Under the pieces are notes generated by a model. It saw only the letters and a list, made by a program, of their open reading frames with translations, had not been told where the DNA came from and did not search any database. The position numbers were made by a program, and so were the translations under genes. From the NCBI GenBank assembly GCA_036479435.1, contig JAZGFI010000282.1, positions 1 to 29,129 of the forward strand: a stretch of 29,129 nucleotides of DNA, given 5' to 3'. This DNA comes from Planctomycetota bacterium. Lineage in GTDB: Bacteria; Planctomycetota; GCA-002687715; DRQF01. Within the stretch, counting starts at the first letter, position 1. Every line of letters begins with the position of its first letter. This document shows, piece by piece, positions 26,667 through 29,129 of this stretch.

Positions 26667-27812
26667 TTGGACTTTGCACTCGACGAAAAATTGCTCGCTC
26701 GACAGGCCGAAGCTCGCGCTTTTGCCCGCGATGAAGTGGCGCCAGGTGCAGCCGAGCGCGACCGCAAAAAGGAGTACCCTGAGAAGTTGGTGCGCCGTGC
26801 GGCGGAACTCGGCTACATGGGATGTCTCGTGCCCGAAAAAATGGGCGGCAGCGGATTGGGCAACCTCGGCCAATGCGTCGTTTTGGAAGAAGTGGCGGCA
26901 GCCTGCGCCGGAACCCACGTTACTTTGAGCGTGCACAACTCGCTCGTGTCCGCGCCGATCTACAAGTATGGCGGCCCTGAGGTTCATGAGCGTTGGCTCG
27001 GTGCCGTTGGCAGCGGCGAGAAGCTTGGCTGCTACCTGCTGACCGAGCCCGGCAGCGGCAGTGATGCGGCCGCGATGAGCACCACCGCGACCGAAGACGG
27101 CGATTACTTTGTCATCAACGGCGACAAGATGTGGATCACCACGGGTGATGTCGCCCAGGTCGGCGTTGTGTTTGCGATTACCAATTTGGACCGTTCGGTT
27201 CGGAACACCAAAGCGATCTCGGCTTTCGTTATCGACTTTGACGACCCGGGCGTGACTTTTGGCAAACGCGAACCCAAACTCGGGCTGAGAGCGAGCACCA
27301 CGGTGGCGGTCTTTTTGAAAGACGTGCGGGTACATAAATCACAAATGCTCGGCGAGCGCGACCGCGGATTCAGTATCGCCATGGATATGTTGAACGGCGG
27401 ACGCATTGGCATCGCAGTCCAAGCCATCGGCATTGCGCGCGCGGCCTTAGAGTTGGCGCTCGAACGGTCCGAAATCTCCAAGCGTAACGGCAAACCCTTG
27501 GGGAAAAGCCAACTGGCGCGCTTTAGAATGGCCGAAATCGCGACGTCGATCGAGGCCTCGAGGCTCTTGGCCTGGCGCGCGGCCTTATTGCGAGATCGCA
27601 AAGAGAATCACATCCGCGAGGCGTCGATGGCAAAACTCATGGCGACGCAATCTGCGAACGATGCTTGTCGTCGGGTGGTCGAGCTTTTGGGAGAGGCTGG
27701 CTACAGCGACGACTGCGCAGCAGAACGGCTGATGCGGGACTGTCGCGTTACCGAACTCTACGAAGGAACAACCGAAGTTCAGAAACTCGTGATCTCAAGG
27801 CAGCTGTTGTGA
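26667..27812 (+). CDS. Acyl-CoA dehydrogenase (subunit carrying the catalytic Glu)
   Basis: TTG 26667 with GAGG RBS; LTEPGSGSDA, NGDKMWIT, KLGLRAS.T, LNGGRIGIA, ELYEGTTEVQ. Confidence 0.93.
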   Translation: MDFALDEKLLARQAEARAFARDEVAPGAAERDRKKEYPEKLVRRAAELGYMGCLVPEKMGGSGLGNLGQCVVLEEVAAACAGTHVTLSVHNSLVSAPIYKYGGPEVHERWLGAVGSGEKLGCYLLTEPGSGSDAAAMSTTATEDGDYFVINGDKMWITTGDVAQVGVVFAITNLDRSVRNTKAISAFVIDFDDPGVTFGKREPKLGLRASTTVAVFLKDVRVHKSQMLGERDRGFSIAMDMLNGGRIGIAVQAIGIARAALELALERSEISKRNGKPLGKSQLARFRMAEIATSIEASRLLAWRAALLRDRKENHIREASMAKLMATQSANDACRRVVELLGEAGYSDDCAAERLMRDCRVTELYEGTTEVQKLVISRQLL

Positions 27813-27843
27813 ATCGGATCGCTACAAACAACGAGGCCGCGAA

Positions 27844-29034
27844 ATGACGGACTACGGCGAGTATCTGGGGCTCGACCTCGACGAAGATCAAAAGATGATC
27901 CTCGAAATGGTCGCACAGCTTAGCTCTGAATTGCTGGCTCCTGCGGCGGATGTGATCGATCGCGATGAAGCGATACCCGCCAACGTGCGCGCGACCTTGG
28001 CGGAGTCCGGACTTTTTGGCCTTCGAGCCCCGGAGACTTTTGGCGGCGTCGACTTGGATGACAGTTGCTATCAGTTTTCCTTGGCAACGCTCGCCCACGG
28101 GTCGGCGTCCGTGGCGCTCGACGTGTTGGTTCAGTCCTCGTTGCTGTTGGAGCCGCTAGCCAAGTTCGCGCTCGACGATGAGGGGATTTCGGCCTGGGCC
28201 GAGTCCGTGGTTTCGGGTGAGGCGCGCGGTGCTTTGGCTTGGCAAGAATCTTCGAATTCGTTGAGCAATTCCGACCTCAAGACTGAGTTAAGAACCATCG
28301 ACGGAGAAATCCAGCTAAGCGGCGTCAAAAACTGGGTCTTAGGTGCTCCTGAGGCCGATCGTTTTTTGGTCTTGGCGAAAGAGGGTGACTACTCCTCTTG
28401 GTTCATGGTCGCCGCGGACGCCGCGGGCGTTGAGATTGGAAAAAAGCGAACGCGACTCGGCATGCGCGGAATCTCCGTCGCCGCCGTCGAGTTCACCAAC
28501 GTCGCCATCGCCGAGTCGAATCGCATCGGCACCGTCGGTAATGGGAAGGAGATTCTGGAGTTTATCTCCTGTCGCGCCCAAGTTGGTTTGGTGGCCCTCG
28601 CAACCGGGTTGATCGCGGCCGCGCGCGATGCCGCCGCTCAGTACGCTACTGAACGCCGCCAGTTCAAACGGCCGATTGCCGATTTCGAGGCGATCCGCGA
28701 AAAGCTCGCTGGAGCCGAATCCGCCCACGCGAGCGCTGCGAGTCTTCTCGCCAGTTGCGCTCGTCTTTCGGATGGAGGAGGGGGCCATGATCGAAAACGT
28801 CTCCACTTCGGGATGGCGGCTCGCATTCAAGCGACTGATCTCGCCATGAAGGTCGCCGACGACGCCCTTCAGACTTTTGGGGGCTATGGATATAGCCAGG
28901 AGTATCCCGTCGAGCGGTTTTACCGCGACGCGCGGTACCTAGCCCTCGCTTTTGGTGGCAACGACCCCATTCGCCTGCGTTTGGCACGTTCCATCCTGCC
29001 CTCCAGCGATTCCGCATCGAGAAAAAGTGACTGA
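27844..29034 (+). CDS. Acyl-CoA dehydrogenase-family protein lacking the catalytic Glu
   Basis: ACAD layout (PETFGG, SGVKNWV, RLGMRG, YATERRQF, ALQTFGGYGYSQEYPVERFYRDA), but YEGT is replaced by AFGG and LTEPxxGSD by WQESSNSLS. Confidence 0.9.
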   Translation: MTDYGEYLGLDLDEDQKMILEMVAQLSSELLAPAADVIDRDEAIPANVRATLAESGLFGLRAPETFGGVDLDDSCYQFSLATLAHGSASVALDVLVQSSLLLEPLAKFALDDEGISAWAESVVSGEARGALAWQESSNSLSNSDLKTELRTIDGEIQLSGVKNWVLGAPEADRFLVLAKEGDYSSWFMVAADAAGVEIGKKRTRLGMRGISVAAVEFTNVAIAESNRIGTVGNGKEILEFISCRAQVGLVALATGLIAAARDAAAQYATERRQFKRPIADFEAIREKLAGAESAHASAASLLASCARLSDGGGGHDRKRLHFGMAARIQATDLAMKVADDALQTFGGYGYSQEYPVERFYRDARYLALAFGGNDPIRLRLARSILPSSDSASRKSD

Positions 29035-29129
29035 GGCGAACCTCCCGTAACCCTCATTTCGAGGCCGTTTTCAACGACTTTTGTTTCGTCGTAGACAAAA
29101 AGCAAATTCGCATCCACTTTGATCTAGAT

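Noticed and set aside
25507..26679. 390-aa antisense ORF over hbd
   Set aside because: Typical antisense shadow of a conserved dehydrogenase; no independent evidence of coding.
29079..29101. ttttgttt...agacaaaa hairpin after the last ACAD as a terminator
   Set aside because: Weak AT-rich stem with no U-tract on the + strand; context is cut by the window edge.

Overview
GC-rich bacterial chromosomal window, densely coding. A Planctomycetota/PVC-like origin is only an impression from gene content, not something the sequence proves. In order: the start of a gene running off the left edge; a minus-strand trio (SDR, membrane-anchored DUF4384-like protein, catalytically degenerate SDR); a CheX-like gene behind a sigma28-like -10 box; an aldo/keto reductase; DNA topoisomerase III with a 9x KKK histone-like tail; a GldA/GldF/GldG/DUF4340 ABC operon; three glycosyltransferases (GT4, GT2, GT4); a Tat-exported Ntn asparaginase; an ABC-ATPase plus DUF4276 TOPRIM pair (PARIS/OLD-like candidate defence module); a C-terminally anchored orphan, apt and an Ap4A-type Nudix; a lipoprotein plus a PHI-like SIS protein; and an acyl-CoA operon (thiolase, triple-Ig-like lipoprotein, hbd, two acyl-CoA dehydrogenases). 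The most notable observation is that the two acyl-CoA dehydrogenases have lost complementary motifs, which suggests an obligate heteromeric enzyme. No rRNA, tRNA, CRISPR array or transposase was recognised. All family assignments come from motif recognition by eye, not from database searches.
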